Shown here one piece after another: positions 27,734 to 36,608 of a DNA stretch of 64,000 nt. This DNA comes from a virus (Duplodnaviria > Caudoviricetes). The position numbers and the translations under genes are program-made. Each line of letters starts with the position of its first letter. Within the stretch, counting starts at the first letter, position 1. Where the stretch lies: IMG/VR virus record IMGVR_UViG_3300027608_000010; one strand, written 5' to 3'. The notes beneath the pieces were generated by a model. The model was not told the origin of the DNA and did not search any database. It saw only the letters and a program-made list of their open reading frames with translations.

Positions 27734-28320
27734 TGGCAACTAAAACTCCAGTTGATGAGAAATTTGAAAAAGTAGACTTTGATTTATTTGATGCATTATC
27801 CGCAATGGATAAGAAAGACTATGCTTACTATGATAGATTGACTGAAGAACAACAAAAGAAGTTTGTACCGTATATGATGACCCATTGGATGAGTGCTATT
27901 AAAGCAAATGCAGGACTAAGTTCGTATTACTTAATGAACACTGACTACACTGCAAACAAGCATCTATTCAATGAGTACGTGCAGAAACATCCCAAGCTAC
28001 AATGGTTGATGCTATGTGCGGCAAGCCCTGGCTTGGGTAAGCAGTTTCATCAATGGATACCTCATCTGTCAGGTAAGATAGCACAATTAAAAGAATCACC
28101 TAAAGAAAAAGATATTCGTGATTACTTTACTAAAATATATCCCAAAGCAAGTGGTGCAAATTTATATGCTATCAGTGAAGAATTTGTGGTGTCACAAAAG
28201 AAAAAAGTTTATCTAGCAAAAGAATTCCCTCATCTTAAGATAGAAGATATTGAAACACTAGCCGCAATCACCACTGACAAAGATATAGCACAGTATGAAA
28301 AAGACCACGGAAACGATTGA
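27733..28320 (+). CDS. Possible clamp-loader small subunit (T4 gp62-like)
   Basis: FVPYMMTHWMS...N..ANKH...KLQW...GKQFHQW pattern resembles gp62 by eye only. Confidence 0.45.
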   Translation: MATKTPVDEKFEKVDFDLFDALSAMDKKDYAYYDRLTEEQQKKFVPYMMTHWMSAIKANAGLSSYYLMNTDYTANKHLFNEYVQKHPKLQWLMLCAASPGLGKQFHQWIPHLSGKIAQLKESPKEKDIRDYFTKIYPKASGANLYAISEEFVVSQKKKVYLAKEFPHLKIEDIETLAAITTDKDIAQYEKDHGND

Positions 28321-28999
28321 GATTAAACATAGTTGTGAATTTTGCAAACGTGAGTTTGTAAAAGAACGCACATTGTTTAGCCATCTATGTGAACAAAAGC
28401 AACGCTGGCAAAATCGTGACCAATTGGGTAATAGATTGGGCTTTCAATCTTGGTTACAATTCTATTCTAAGAATAGCATGAGTAAGACTAAGAACAAAAC
28501 ACATGAAGAATTTATTAAGAACGCTTACTACATTCCCTTTGTGAAGTTTGGTAACTATTGTGCAGATGTAAATGTTATTAATGTGAGTAGATATGTTGAT
28601 TGGTTACTAAAGAACAATATTAAGATTGACAGTTGGATTAGTGATACAACATATACTAGGTTTTTGATAGAATATATACGACATGAAGATCCGTTTGATG
28701 CAATACATCGAGGAGTTGAGACATGTATGCGACTATCAGAAGCAGATAGAATTCAACCACATGATATATTGCGATATGGTAATGCAAACAGAATCTGTTT
28801 AGAAATTACTAAAGGTAAGATTAGTCCCTGGATGCTTTACTGTAGTGATAGCGGTACTAAATTTTTAGATACATTAAGTCCAGAACAAGTAAAAATCATT
28901 ATGGATTACATTAATCCAGAACAATGGGCATTGAAATTTCATCGTGAACCAGACCTTAAACAACAAATTAAAGACACCCTTCGTATCGCAGGCTACTAA
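28295..28999 (+). CDS. Hypothetical protein with N-terminal zinc finger
   Basis: CEFCKREFVKERTLFSHLC. Confidence 0.65.
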   Translation: MKKTTETIEIKHSCEFCKREFVKERTLFSHLCEQKQRWQNRDQLGNRLGFQSWLQFYSKNSMSKTKNKTHEEFIKNAYYIPFVKFGNYCADVNVINVSRYVDWLLKNNIKIDSWISDTTYTRFLIEYIRHEDPFDAIHRGVETCMRLSEADRIQPHDILRYGNANRICLEITKGKISPWMLYCSDSGTKFLDTLSPEQVKIIMDYINPEQWALKFHREPDLKQQIKDTLRIAGY

Positions 29000-29180
29000 A
29001 GTTCGTCTTCCCTGGAAGAAAGGTGATTCTATAGCCCGATGGGACGAAACCTGTATATGGGCTATGGAACAGTTTGGGTTACCCGGAGACAAATATAGTA
29101 CTCATCCCACTGAGAATTATATGGATTTTTATTTCCAAGATGAGAAAGACGCTATACATTTCAGTCTCAGGTGGTTATAA
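28944..29180 (+). CDS. 'FxLRW' family paralogue
   Basis: W.E.C.WAMEQFGLPG...DFYFQDEKDAIHFSLRWL; start uncertain. Confidence 0.7.
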   Translation: MNQTLNNKLKTPFVSQATKVRLPWKKGDSIARWDETCIWAMEQFGLPGDKYSTHPTENYMDFYFQDEKDAIHFSLRWL

Positions 29181-29214
29181 TAGTGTAATATTTGCTTGAC
29201 TAAATATTATACTA

Positions 29215-29859
29215 ATGAAGCCCACAATTGCCCTTTTTGTAGCAGATCCAAAATGCTCAGTACAAAGTTCCAATGGAATAATGAGTTCTTTGGGCAATAA
29301 GTATAACTTCAAATTATTTTCTAAAAATGCCCTAGAAAAAGACTTCTTTAAAGGAGTTGATATGGTTGCTGTTCCTGGAGGATTTGGAGATAGTGACAGT
29401 TATGAGAAACTATTTGAACACAGCGGGAAAAGAGTAATTGACTTTGTTAACAATGGTGGCAGATATCTGGGTATATGCATGGGCGCATATTGGGCAGGTT
29501 CGCACTATTTCTCTTTACTTAAAAGCGTAGATGCTGTACAATATCTCAAGCGCCCGGGAACTGATACACGTAGACCACATGCAAAGAACATGCCTATCAC
29601 TTGGAGAGACGAGCCAATGAAAATGTTCTGGTATGATGGATGTGCATTAGTGGGCGATGACACAAAGTTTGAGACAGTTGCTACTTATAGTAATGGAGAT
29701 GCAATGGCTATATTTCAAAACAGATTAGGATTGATTGGGTGTCACCCAGAGAGTCAACCATTCTGGTATGAAAGCTATAGCTGGATGAAAGCACATTACC
29801 ATGATGGCGTACATCACAAACTTCTATTAAATTTTACGAATGAATTAATGCAACGATGA
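29215..29859 (+). CDS. Stand-alone class I glutamine-amidotransferase-like (BPL_N-type) protein
   Basis: VPGG, YLGICMGAY nucleophile elbow, GCHPE. Confidence 0.75.
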   Translation: MKPTIALFVADPKCSVQSSNGIMSSLGNKYNFKLFSKNALEKDFFKGVDMVAVPGGFGDSDSYEKLFEHSGKRVIDFVNNGGRYLGICMGAYWAGSHYFSLLKSVDAVQYLKRPGTDTRRPHAKNMPITWRDEPMKMFWYDGCALVGDDTKFETVATYSNGDAMAIFQNRLGLIGCHPESQPFWYESYSWMKAHYHDGVHHKLLLNFTNELMQR

Positions 29860-30113
29860 GAGGCTATAATCCGGCAGATGAATCCTTTGAAGAATGGGAT
29901 CGTGACCGAAAAGCTAGAAGATGGAAGTATTGGGCGGCTGTACGAAAATTGAAGGCTCAATTTGATAGAAAAGATTCTAGCTTACTATTCAATCAATGGA
30001 TGTTACAAACATTTGGAATTAGAATCATTTACAATAATGAGGGGCATTTAACTGAAAACTATGAAGTTATTGACGAAAAAAAATATCTATTCTTTGTACT
30101 AAAATACCTATGA
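29856..30113 (+). CDS. 'FxLRW' family paralogue (divergent)
   Basis: Ends YEVIDEKKYLFFVLKYL. Confidence 0.65.
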   Translation: MRGYNPADESFEEWDRDRKARRWKYWAAVRKLKAQFDRKDSSLLFNQWMLQTFGIRIIYNNEGHLTENYEVIDEKKYLFFVLKYL

Positions 30114-30367
30114 CACTAGAAGATGAAATTGTTGAGAGTTTAGCCAGAGAATACTCTGAACAGCTTGACTTTGATATTACAAAAGACTTGTTGACTGATT
30201 CAGGTTGGTACACTATTGAGTTGTCAACGTTGATAAGTAGAGAACAGTCAATTGATATCAAAGATTGGGTATCAGAAAAAGTTAAAGAAGGTTTTGTATC
30301 CAGAGGAAAAACATTTATATTCAAGTCTAAAAAAGAAGCTGAATGGTTCAGTCTGCGATGGCAATGA
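30110..30367 (+). CDS. 'FxLRW' family paralogue
   Basis: DIKDWVSE...FIFKSKKEAEWFSLRWQ. Confidence 0.75.
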   Translation: MTLEDEIVESLAREYSEQLDFDITKDLLTDSGWYTIELSTLISREQSIDIKDWVSEKVKEGFVSRGKTFIFKSKKEAEWFSLRWQ

Positions 30368-30669
30368 TTAAAAAAAGACAAATGACTAATAAGTTATATG
30401 GATCTAACGGCGGTTGGGCGGCAATACGTAGTGTGAACTATGCAGGCATAGGATATGCGTATGACATGCCCTATCATCAGATTGATCCTATAATATCACC
30501 GAATGAATGGAACAAAATGACTGCTTGGTGTGTATCTGTATTCGGACCCAGTGGCACACCCGGCGCACCCGGTGTATGGACGCCCGGTGATAGATGGTAT
30601 GCTAACAATGCTAAGTTTTGGTTTAGAGACAAGCCGGATTGCGAATGGTTTTTATTGAGATGGCAATGA
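30358..30669 (+). CDS. 'FxLRW' family paralogue
   Basis: Start moved to ATG 30358 (MAMIKK); AWCVSVFGP...FWFRDKPDCEWFLLRWQ. Confidence 0.75.
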   Translation: MAMIKKRQMTNKLYGSNGGWAAIRSVNYAGIGYAYDMPYHQIDPIISPNEWNKMTAWCVSVFGPSGTPGAPGVWTPGDRWYANNAKFWFRDKPDCEWFLLRWQ

Positions 30670-30884
30670 TTAATTTAGAAGAATGGAAAATGACTGATAC
30701 GGGTTATGTTCGTACTGTTGAGAGTACGGACATTCTATTGCCATCAGCATTAAGAGCAGACATATACGATTGGTGCTGGGAAAAGAGTATACTTGTAGCA
30801 TTAGAAGGCACAATGGCGGGCATGGATGTTTGGAGTGTCAAAGATGAGAAACAACGTATGTGGTTTCAATTGAGATGGCAATAA
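30660..30884 (+). CDS. 'FxLRW' family paralogue
   Basis: Start moved to ATG 30660 (MAMINL); DIYDWC...VKDEKQRMWFQLRWQ. Confidence 0.75.
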   Translation: MAMINLEEWKMTDTGYVRTVESTDILLPSALRADIYDWCWEKSILVALEGTMAGMDVWSVKDEKQRMWFQLRWQ

Positions 30885-31123
30885 CTATTAAACTTAAAAA
30901 TAGATTAACGGCAAGAGAAGAACAATGGCTAGCAAAGAATATTGGGCCTAGATTGCATTACATTCATAACAGTATCGGTGGACAGGGCTGGATAGCAAAA
31001 CATACATGGGATCCGGGAGTAGTTAATAAACATTGGACTCAGAATTCAAAAAGTAAACATTGGACCCTTACATTTGAAAATGAAAGCTATGCTAGTTTCT
31101 TTTTAATAAAATTTCCACAATGA
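30875..31123 (+). CDS. 'FxLRW' family paralogue
   Basis: Start moved to ATG 30875 (MAITIK); QWLAKNIGP...LTFENESYASFFLIKFPQ. Confidence 0.7.
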   Translation: MAITIKLKNRLTAREEQWLAKNIGPRLHYIHNSIGGQGWIAKHTWDPGVVNKHWTQNSKSKHWTLTFENESYASFFLIKFPQ

Positions 31124-31338
31124 TAACTGTAACTTTAATAGACAAACAACCCAACGAGGTTATGGAAATAGTGCGTGAGTTGCGTAGTAAAGGATATCTC
31201 CAAGGTATTGAATTTGACTTTGAATATCATAAACCCGTTTTTAATGACTGGAGTGGAGATAACGTGTACAATAGATACACTGTATTCAAATTCTATAAAG
31301 AATCACTTGCAACCTGGTTTACACTAAAATATCAATAA
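31120..31338 (+). CDS. 'FxLRW' family paralogue
   Basis: Ends FKFYKESLATWFTLKYQ. Confidence 0.7.
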   Translation: MITVTLIDKQPNEVMEIVRELRSKGYLQGIEFDFEYHKPVFNDWSGDNVYNRYTVFKFYKESLATWFTLKYQ

Positions 31339-31601
31339 TGGCTATACAACATATTAACGGGATATTAAGAAAAGTTTCAGTAGGCCAAGAATTTAAAAGT
31401 GTAGAAGTTACTGGAAACAAAACATATTATAGAATTTATTATGGAAAAAGAAAAGATTATCCGAATGACCATATCAAATGGTGTCGCAGAAATTTAGGTG
31501 AGCGTGGAGTAGGATGGGACTTTACTTTTATATCTAACATGTTGACTATAGAGATATGGGATGATAAATTGAAATTCATGTATGAAATTTGGAAACAATA
31601 A
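31338..31601 (+). CDS. 'FxLRW' family paralogue (divergent)
   Basis: IKWCRRNLG...IEIWDDKLKFMYEIWKQ. Confidence 0.65.
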   Translation: MAIQHINGILRKVSVGQEFKSVEVTGNKTYYRIYYGKRKDYPNDHIKWCRRNLGERGVGWDFTFISNMLTIEIWDDKLKFMYEIWKQ

Positions 31602-31846
31602 TGGAACTGACTCAAAAGAAATATCTATATCCTGGATCAAAAACAACATTTTATACTGTTAATTGGGTCCGTAGCATTGAACACACTAACAAAGATATAC
31701 AGAAATGGTGTAGGAAAACATTCGGCAAACCCGGATACAATGACAAGTTAGAAATGGTTCGTTGGACTGATAATATCAGTGAATCAAATAGCATAACTTT
31801 TTTACAAGAATCAGACTTTATGATGTTTCTATTAAGGTGGCAGTAA
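31601..31846 (+). CDS. 'FxLRW' family paralogue
   Basis: Start moved to the TAATG overlap at 31601; DIQKWCRKTFGKPG...ITFLQESDFMMFLLRWQ. Confidence 0.75.
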   Translation: MELTQKKYLYPGSKTTFYTVNWVRSIEHTNKDIQKWCRKTFGKPGYNDKLEMVRWTDNISESNSITFLQESDFMMFLLRWQ

Positions 31847-31847
31847 T

Positions 31848-32408
31848 ATGGCAATGGATATAATGATAGATATTGAAAGTTTGAACACAACACCTGATTG
31901 TGTTATACTTACAATTGGTGCTGTACGTTTTGATCCTAAAGGTAGTGGGATAGTAGAGAAGTTAGAACTAAGACCTACTATTGAGGATCAAACTGAAATC
32001 TACAATCGTAGCATTAACGAGGATACGTTACGTTGGTGGAGTACTCAAAGCGAGGCTGCACAAGAAGAAGCTATGGGAGATTCTGGACGTGAATCATTGT
32101 CTGACTGCATGGAGAAACTATATAAGTTTTGTTGGAACCGTCGTGCTGTATGGTCGCACGGTGCACCCTTTGACGTTGTTGTCATGGAGTCAGCACTAAG
32201 ACAAACTTCAACTAGACCTAATCCAATACCCTGGGCTTTCTATACAGTAAGAGATACACGAACATTATTTGACATTACTGGAGTAAGTCTTAAAGACGGT
32301 GGACACGTGACTACCCACAAAGCGGTAGAAGATGCTGAACGTCAGGCTATTGTCGTACAGAAAGCGTATATGAAATTAATTAAAGCAGGATTAGTGCCAC
32401 CTAAATGA
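31848..32408 (+). CDS. DEDDh 3'-5' exonuclease
   Basis: IMIDIES (ExoI), WSHGAPFD (ExoII), HKAVEDA (ExoIII). Confidence 0.85.
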   Translation: MAMDIMIDIESLNTTPDCVILTIGAVRFDPKGSGIVEKLELRPTIEDQTEIYNRSINEDTLRWWSTQSEAAQEEAMGDSGRESLSDCMEKLYKFCWNRRAVWSHGAPFDVVVMESALRQTSTRPNPIPWAFYTVRDTRTLFDITGVSLKDGGHVTTHKAVEDAERQAIVVQKAYMKLIKAGLVPPK

Positions 32409-32998
32409 AGTTTCAATCAGATATTGATATTGACTTTGGTAACAGAGATAGTATATTAAAACATATCTCACATATACCTGCGGCAATGCGTAGAGCTAAT
32501 CCTATTCGTAAACATGCAACTGGTATCTATGTGACAGAGATTCCATATGATGCACTACTTGACATGGCTAACATGGACTATAGTGAAGCAGAAAGTCGCG
32601 GGTATCTTAAGTTAGACTTTTTGAACGTGCATGTATATGATAAGGTTCGTGATGAACAGCATTTGATTGAATTGATGCGTGAACCTAATTGGGACAAATT
32701 AAATGATAAAGTATTTGTGGGACAACTGATTCACTTGAGTAACCATTATCATAGTATGCAAAAGATGCAAGATCCTATTAATAGCATACCTAGACTTGCT
32801 ATGATGTTAGCAATAATTAGACCTGCTAAAAAGCATTTAATTGGATTACCTTGGAAAGAAGTTGCAGAAACAGTGTGGGAGAAGAATATAGATGGATACA
32901 GTTTTAAGAAAAGTCATGCAATTTCCTACTCATGGCTTGTTGCAGTGCATATGAATCTATTAGAAGAATTAGGACATCCTCTTGACGAGGGTAATTGA
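32405..32998 (+). CDS. Miniature family-C (DnaE/Pol III alpha-like) polymerase core, 197 aa
   Basis: SDIDIDF, RKHATGIYV, GYLKLDFLNV, LAIIRP and GYSFKKSHAISY occur in DnaE order. Confidence 0.8.
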   Translation: MKFQSDIDIDFGNRDSILKHISHIPAAMRRANPIRKHATGIYVTEIPYDALLDMANMDYSEAESRGYLKLDFLNVHVYDKVRDEQHLIELMREPNWDKLNDKVFVGQLIHLSNHYHSMQKMQDPINSIPRLAMMLAIIRPAKKHLIGLPWKEVAETVWEKNIDGYSFKKSHAISYSWLVAVHMNLLEELGHPLDEGN

Positions 32999-33349
32999 TT
33001 TTCTTTTTGATTTTCTTTTGGCCAATTCTAATATGCTACATATCGGACCATGAACTACGGTGAGACTTTTGTTGTTGAATGTTCTTATATATGGCTTAAA
33101 CATCATCCATTCTTCTTTTAAAAACATATTGATGGGTACTAAACGATTACTCTCCCACCACCATACATCACCTAATTCTAAAAATTTCTCCCTTAGTAAC
33201 TGGTCTACTATTGCCCCGTAATCATAGATAGTTGTAACCACATCATCTCTATTTTGAACAATTCCAACATAATCTTGTCCTGCATAGGAACATATGGTTA
33301 TAAAGGGGTGATTTTTAGTTAGTTTGTTAAAGAATTCGTTTTGAATCAT
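32969..33349 (-). CDS. Hypothetical protein
   Basis: Start moved to ATG 33349; late box upstream at 33370-33377. Confidence 0.7.
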   Translation of the reverse strand: MIQNEFFNKLTKNHPFITICSYAGQDYVGIVQNRDDVVTTIYDYGAIVDQLLREKFLELGDVWWWESNRLVPINMFLKEEWMMFKPYIRTFNNKSLTVVHGPICSILELAKRKSKRKSITLVKRMS

Positions 33350-33369
33350 TATTTTAGTGTTCTCGGATT

Positions 33370-33417
33370 TATTTATCAATTTTATTTGCCCAATGTATTT
33401 AAATTTATTAATAAATA
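33370..33417. promoter_or_regulatory. Divergent late promoters
   Basis: GATAAATA on the minus strand (33370-33377) and AATAAATA on the plus strand (33410-33417). Confidence 0.55.
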
Positions 33418-33435
33418 TAGTAAAGGACCAACATT

Positions 33436-34188
33436 GTGTATTCTACCTCAGTAAGCTATTATATCCCCCGACAAACGGTAGTACTCTATTCAGGATCCTC
33501 ACCTAGGAGTTATCAAACCGTGTATGCTAAAAATTTAAAAATCCATAAAGGAATTGACAATACATTACAATTTCAATTCATAAATCAGGACCAAAAACCA
33601 GTAAACCTGACCGGTAAGTCTATCACTTGTATATTGATGAATTATGATGGTTCTGAAATAATATTACAGAAAACATTGTCATTAGTGTATCCTTTAACAG
33701 GAATAGCAAGTTTAGATGTTCTATCTTTAGAAACACTTGCATTAGATGCTTCTTTATGTCATTACTCATTGACTATACCGATTGGTGCATTTGATTACCC
33801 GGTATTCGTTGATGATAGTTCAGGTGGACGTGGAGTCATTGAGATAGTGAACAGTGTATTACCTAAATTTACACCATCTACACAATTAGAGTTGACGGTC
33901 CATGACACCCCAACAAACATTAATCCAGTAACTTACTACAGTACAACGTACACACCAAAACACAATTCACTATTGACTGTCCAAACAACATTAGATAATT
34001 ACAATGGAACAATTAAGTTTCAAGGATCAGCAACAGGTGTGTCCCAAGAATGGTTCTATTTAGATACTGAAGAAACATATACTGGTTATACCAATATTGA
34101 TTACTTCAATTTAGAAGGTCATTTTCCATACTTTAGAATTGAATTTGCAAGTACTGGTGGAACAGTAGACAAAGTTTTGGTTAGATAA
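33436..34188 (+). CDS. Probable late structural protein (beta-rich)
   Basis: 250 aa, T/Y-rich, late box and AAAGGA SD, non-ATG start. Confidence 0.6.
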   Translation: MYSTSVSYYIPRQTVVLYSGSSPRSYQTVYAKNLKIHKGIDNTLQFQFINQDQKPVNLTGKSITCILMNYDGSEIILQKTLSLVYPLTGIASLDVLSLETLALDASLCHYSLTIPIGAFDYPVFVDDSSGGRGVIEIVNSVLPKFTPSTQLELTVHDTPTNINPVTYYSTTYTPKHNSLLTVQTTLDNYNGTIKFQGSATGVSQEWFYLDTEETYTGYTNIDYFNLEGHFPYFRIEFASTGGTVDKVLVR

Positions 34189-34201
34189 GTATCCATCGTT
34201 C

Positions 34202-34230
34202 TTGTCATATGAATGACTTTGTGTTATACT
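34202..34230 (+). promoter_or_regulatory. sigma70-type promoter
   Basis: TTGTCA-17 nt-TATACT with TG extension. Confidence 0.65.
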
Positions 34231-34237
34231 AACACAG

Positions 34238-35212
34238 ATGTTTGATATACTCTCAATAATACCCGGTCGTAAGAAACAAACAAGCGGTGGTTGGACAAGT
34301 TTCAACGCTATTTGTTGTTCCCATCGCGGGCATAGACCTGATGATAAATTTCGTGGTGGCATCAAATTTGATGGACAAACGAATTGGGTATACCATTGCT
34401 TCAATTGTAGTTATAGTTGCAGTTTTACATTGGGTAGAGTTATCAACGACAAAGCAAGAAAATTCTTACTATGGTGCGGTGTTGATATAGAACAGATTCA
34501 ACTTTGGAGTCTTGAAAGTTTACGCAACAAAGACTTTTTAGATTTCAGTTATCGTAAAAAGGTTCGTGAAACACTTTCATTTAAGACTAGAGAATTACCC
34601 GATGGTGAATTGTTAGATGGCAATAATCCTAATCATAGTGTATTCTTACAATATCTACGAAATAGAAAGATTGATGAAAAACTATTACCCTTCATTGTAA
34701 CACCCAATGATAAGGGTAGACATTCTAATCGTATTGTTATCCCATATACGTATAAGGGAAAGACTGTAGGACACACTAGTAGATTTTTAGATAACAGAAT
34801 ACCTAAGTATATCAACGACCAAGAAGCCGGGTATGTATTTGGATATGACTTTCAGAGACCAGAATGGCAAGCATGTATTCTAGTTGAGGGTATCTTTGAT
34901 GCAATGAGTATACATGGTTGTGCTTTAACACACAATACAATATCAACTGAACAAGCACAGTTATTAGCGCAACTAAACAAGAAAATCATTGTTGTACCTG
35001 ATCGTGATGCTACCGGACTTGAGATATGTGACAAAGCATTAGAGTTTGGGTATAGTGTCAGCTTACCTGATTGGGATAGTTCAGTTAAAGATGTAAATGA
35101 CGCAGTAGTAAAATACGGTAGACTACCTGCGTTACTAAGTATATTAGAAAATGCAACAATGAGTAAGATAAAAATAGAAATGCAGAGGCGTAAAATTGCA
35201 AAAGGATTATAA
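34238..35212 (+). CDS. DNA primase (T4 gp61/DnaG-like)
   Basis: Zn-binding CC...HCFNC; TOPRIM LVEGIFD and VVPDRD; KDVND. Confidence 0.88.
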   Translation: MFDILSIIPGRKKQTSGGWTSFNAICCSHRGHRPDDKFRGGIKFDGQTNWVYHCFNCSYSCSFTLGRVINDKARKFLLWCGVDIEQIQLWSLESLRNKDFLDFSYRKKVRETLSFKTRELPDGELLDGNNPNHSVFLQYLRNRKIDEKLLPFIVTPNDKGRHSNRIVIPYTYKGKTVGHTSRFLDNRIPKYINDQEAGYVFGYDFQRPEWQACILVEGIFDAMSIHGCALTHNTISTEQAQLLAQLNKKIIVVPDRDATGLEICDKALEFGYSVSLPDWDSSVKDVNDAVVKYGRLPALLSILENATMSKIKIEMQRRKIAKGL

Positions 35213-36608
35213 TGTAGAGATTCAGCGGCTCTTTTTAGAGATGATGCTAACAAATGCAGAACTCTATACTAGGGTAATGAATATTATGAATGCACAGAAC
35301 TTTGACAAGGGATTAAGACCTGTGGCAGAGTTTATGGTAGAATATAGTGAGAAATATAGTCTGTTACCTGATATTAAACAGATTTCAGCAACAACAGGAA
35401 CTAACCTAAGTCTAGTCGAAGACTTTGGTGAGAAACATACTGAATGGTTCTTAGAAGAATTTGAATCATTTACTAAACGACAAGAATTAGAACGAGCAAT
35501 TCTTAAAGCAGCCGATTTACTTGAGAAGGGTGAATTCGGACCAGTTGAGAAACTAATCAAGGACGCGGTACAGATTAGTTTGCAACGAGATATGGGTACA
35601 GATTACTTTGCTAATCCCAAAGAACGATTACATAGATATTTCAATGCAGGTGGACAGCAAAGCACAGGCTGGCCGCAACTTGATAGATTGTTATATGGTG
35701 GCTTCAGTCGAGGTGAATTGAATATCTTTGCAGGTGGTTCAGGATCAGGTAAGAGTTTGGTCATGATGAACATCGCATTGAATTGGTTACAAATGGGATT
35801 GAGTGGTGTTTATGTATCGTTAGAACTATCAGAAGAAATGACCTCATTGCGTACTGATGCGATGTTGACAATGATGAGTACCAGAGATATTCGTAGAGAT
35901 ATTGACGGCACTGAACTTAAAGTTAGAATAGCATCTAAGAAAGCAGGTGAATATCGTGTTAAAGGAATGCCTGCACAAAGTAATGTTAACGATATTCGTT
36001 CATACTTAAAAGAAGTACAAATCCAAACTGGAATCAAAGTTGACTTTGTTATGATTGACTATCTTGACTTGGTTATGCCAGTATCAGTTAAAGTCAATCC
36101 TAACGACCAGTTTATTAAAGACAAGTATGTCAGTGAAGAATTACGTAATTTGTCAAAAGAACTAGGTGTATTAATGGTCACTGCAAGTCAATTGAATCGT
36201 AGTGCGGTTGAAGAAATAGAATACGATCATAGTCATATTGCAGGTGGTATCAGTAAGATTAACACAGCAGATAACGTGTTTGGTATCTTTACGAGTCGCA
36301 GTATGAAAGAACGCGGAAAGTATGGAATTCAATGTATGAAAAGTCGTAATTCTACAGGAGTAGGTCAAAAAATTGACCTAGATTATAACATTGAAACTAT
36401 GCGTATTACGGATGAAGACCCGGAAGGATATTCGGATCAGCAAGCAAAATATAGGCCAGCTCCGAGTCCCAACGATATTATGAATCAAGTAAAGCCCCAA
36501 TCTACTGTAGTGGGGGAAAATATACATCTCCCGGAAGAGACAAAGCGTGTAGTAGCAGATGTGCGAGGGGCGACACTTAAATCTTTACTTAAGAATCTCC
36601 AAAATTGA
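35196..36608 (+). CDS. Replicative DnaB-family helicase (T4 gp41-like; TTG start)
   Basis: GGSGSGKS, YVSLE, MIDYLDL, TASQLNR, KSRN. Confidence 0.9.
   Translation: MQKDYNVEIQRLFLEMMLTNAELYTRVMNIMNAQNFDKGLRPVAEFMVEYSEKYSLLPDIKQISATTGTNLSLVEDFGEKHTEWFLEEFESFTKRQELERAILKAADLLEKGEFGPVEKLIKDAVQISLQRDMGTDYFANPKERLHRYFNAGGQQSTGWPQLDRLLYGGFSRGELNIFAGGSGSGKSLVMMNIALNWLQMGLSGVYVSLELSEEMTSLRTDAMLTMMSTRDIRRDIDGTELKVRIASKKAGEYRVKGMPAQSNVNDIRSYLKEVQIQTGIKVDFVMIDYLDLVMPVSVKVNPNDQFIKDKYVSEELRNLSKELGVLMVTASQLNRSAVEEIEYDHSHIAGGISKINTADNVFGIFTSRSMKERGKYGIQCMKSRNSTGVGQKIDLDYNIETMRITDEDPEGYSDQQAKYRPAPSPNDIMNQVKPQSTVVGENIHLPEETKRVVADVRGATLKSLLKNLQN

Noticed and set aside
32405-32998. Pseudogene remnant of dnaE
   Set aside because: It has a clean ATGA-coupled start, deletions that spare every catalytic motif, and no stops or frameshifts. 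This pattern fits selection for a compact core better than decay, though it is not proven.
14452-36608. Inteins in TerL, UvsX, UvsW or helicase
   Set aside because: Lengths are ordinary and no C1...HN-C/S/T splice junctions or LAGLIDADG blocks were seen.
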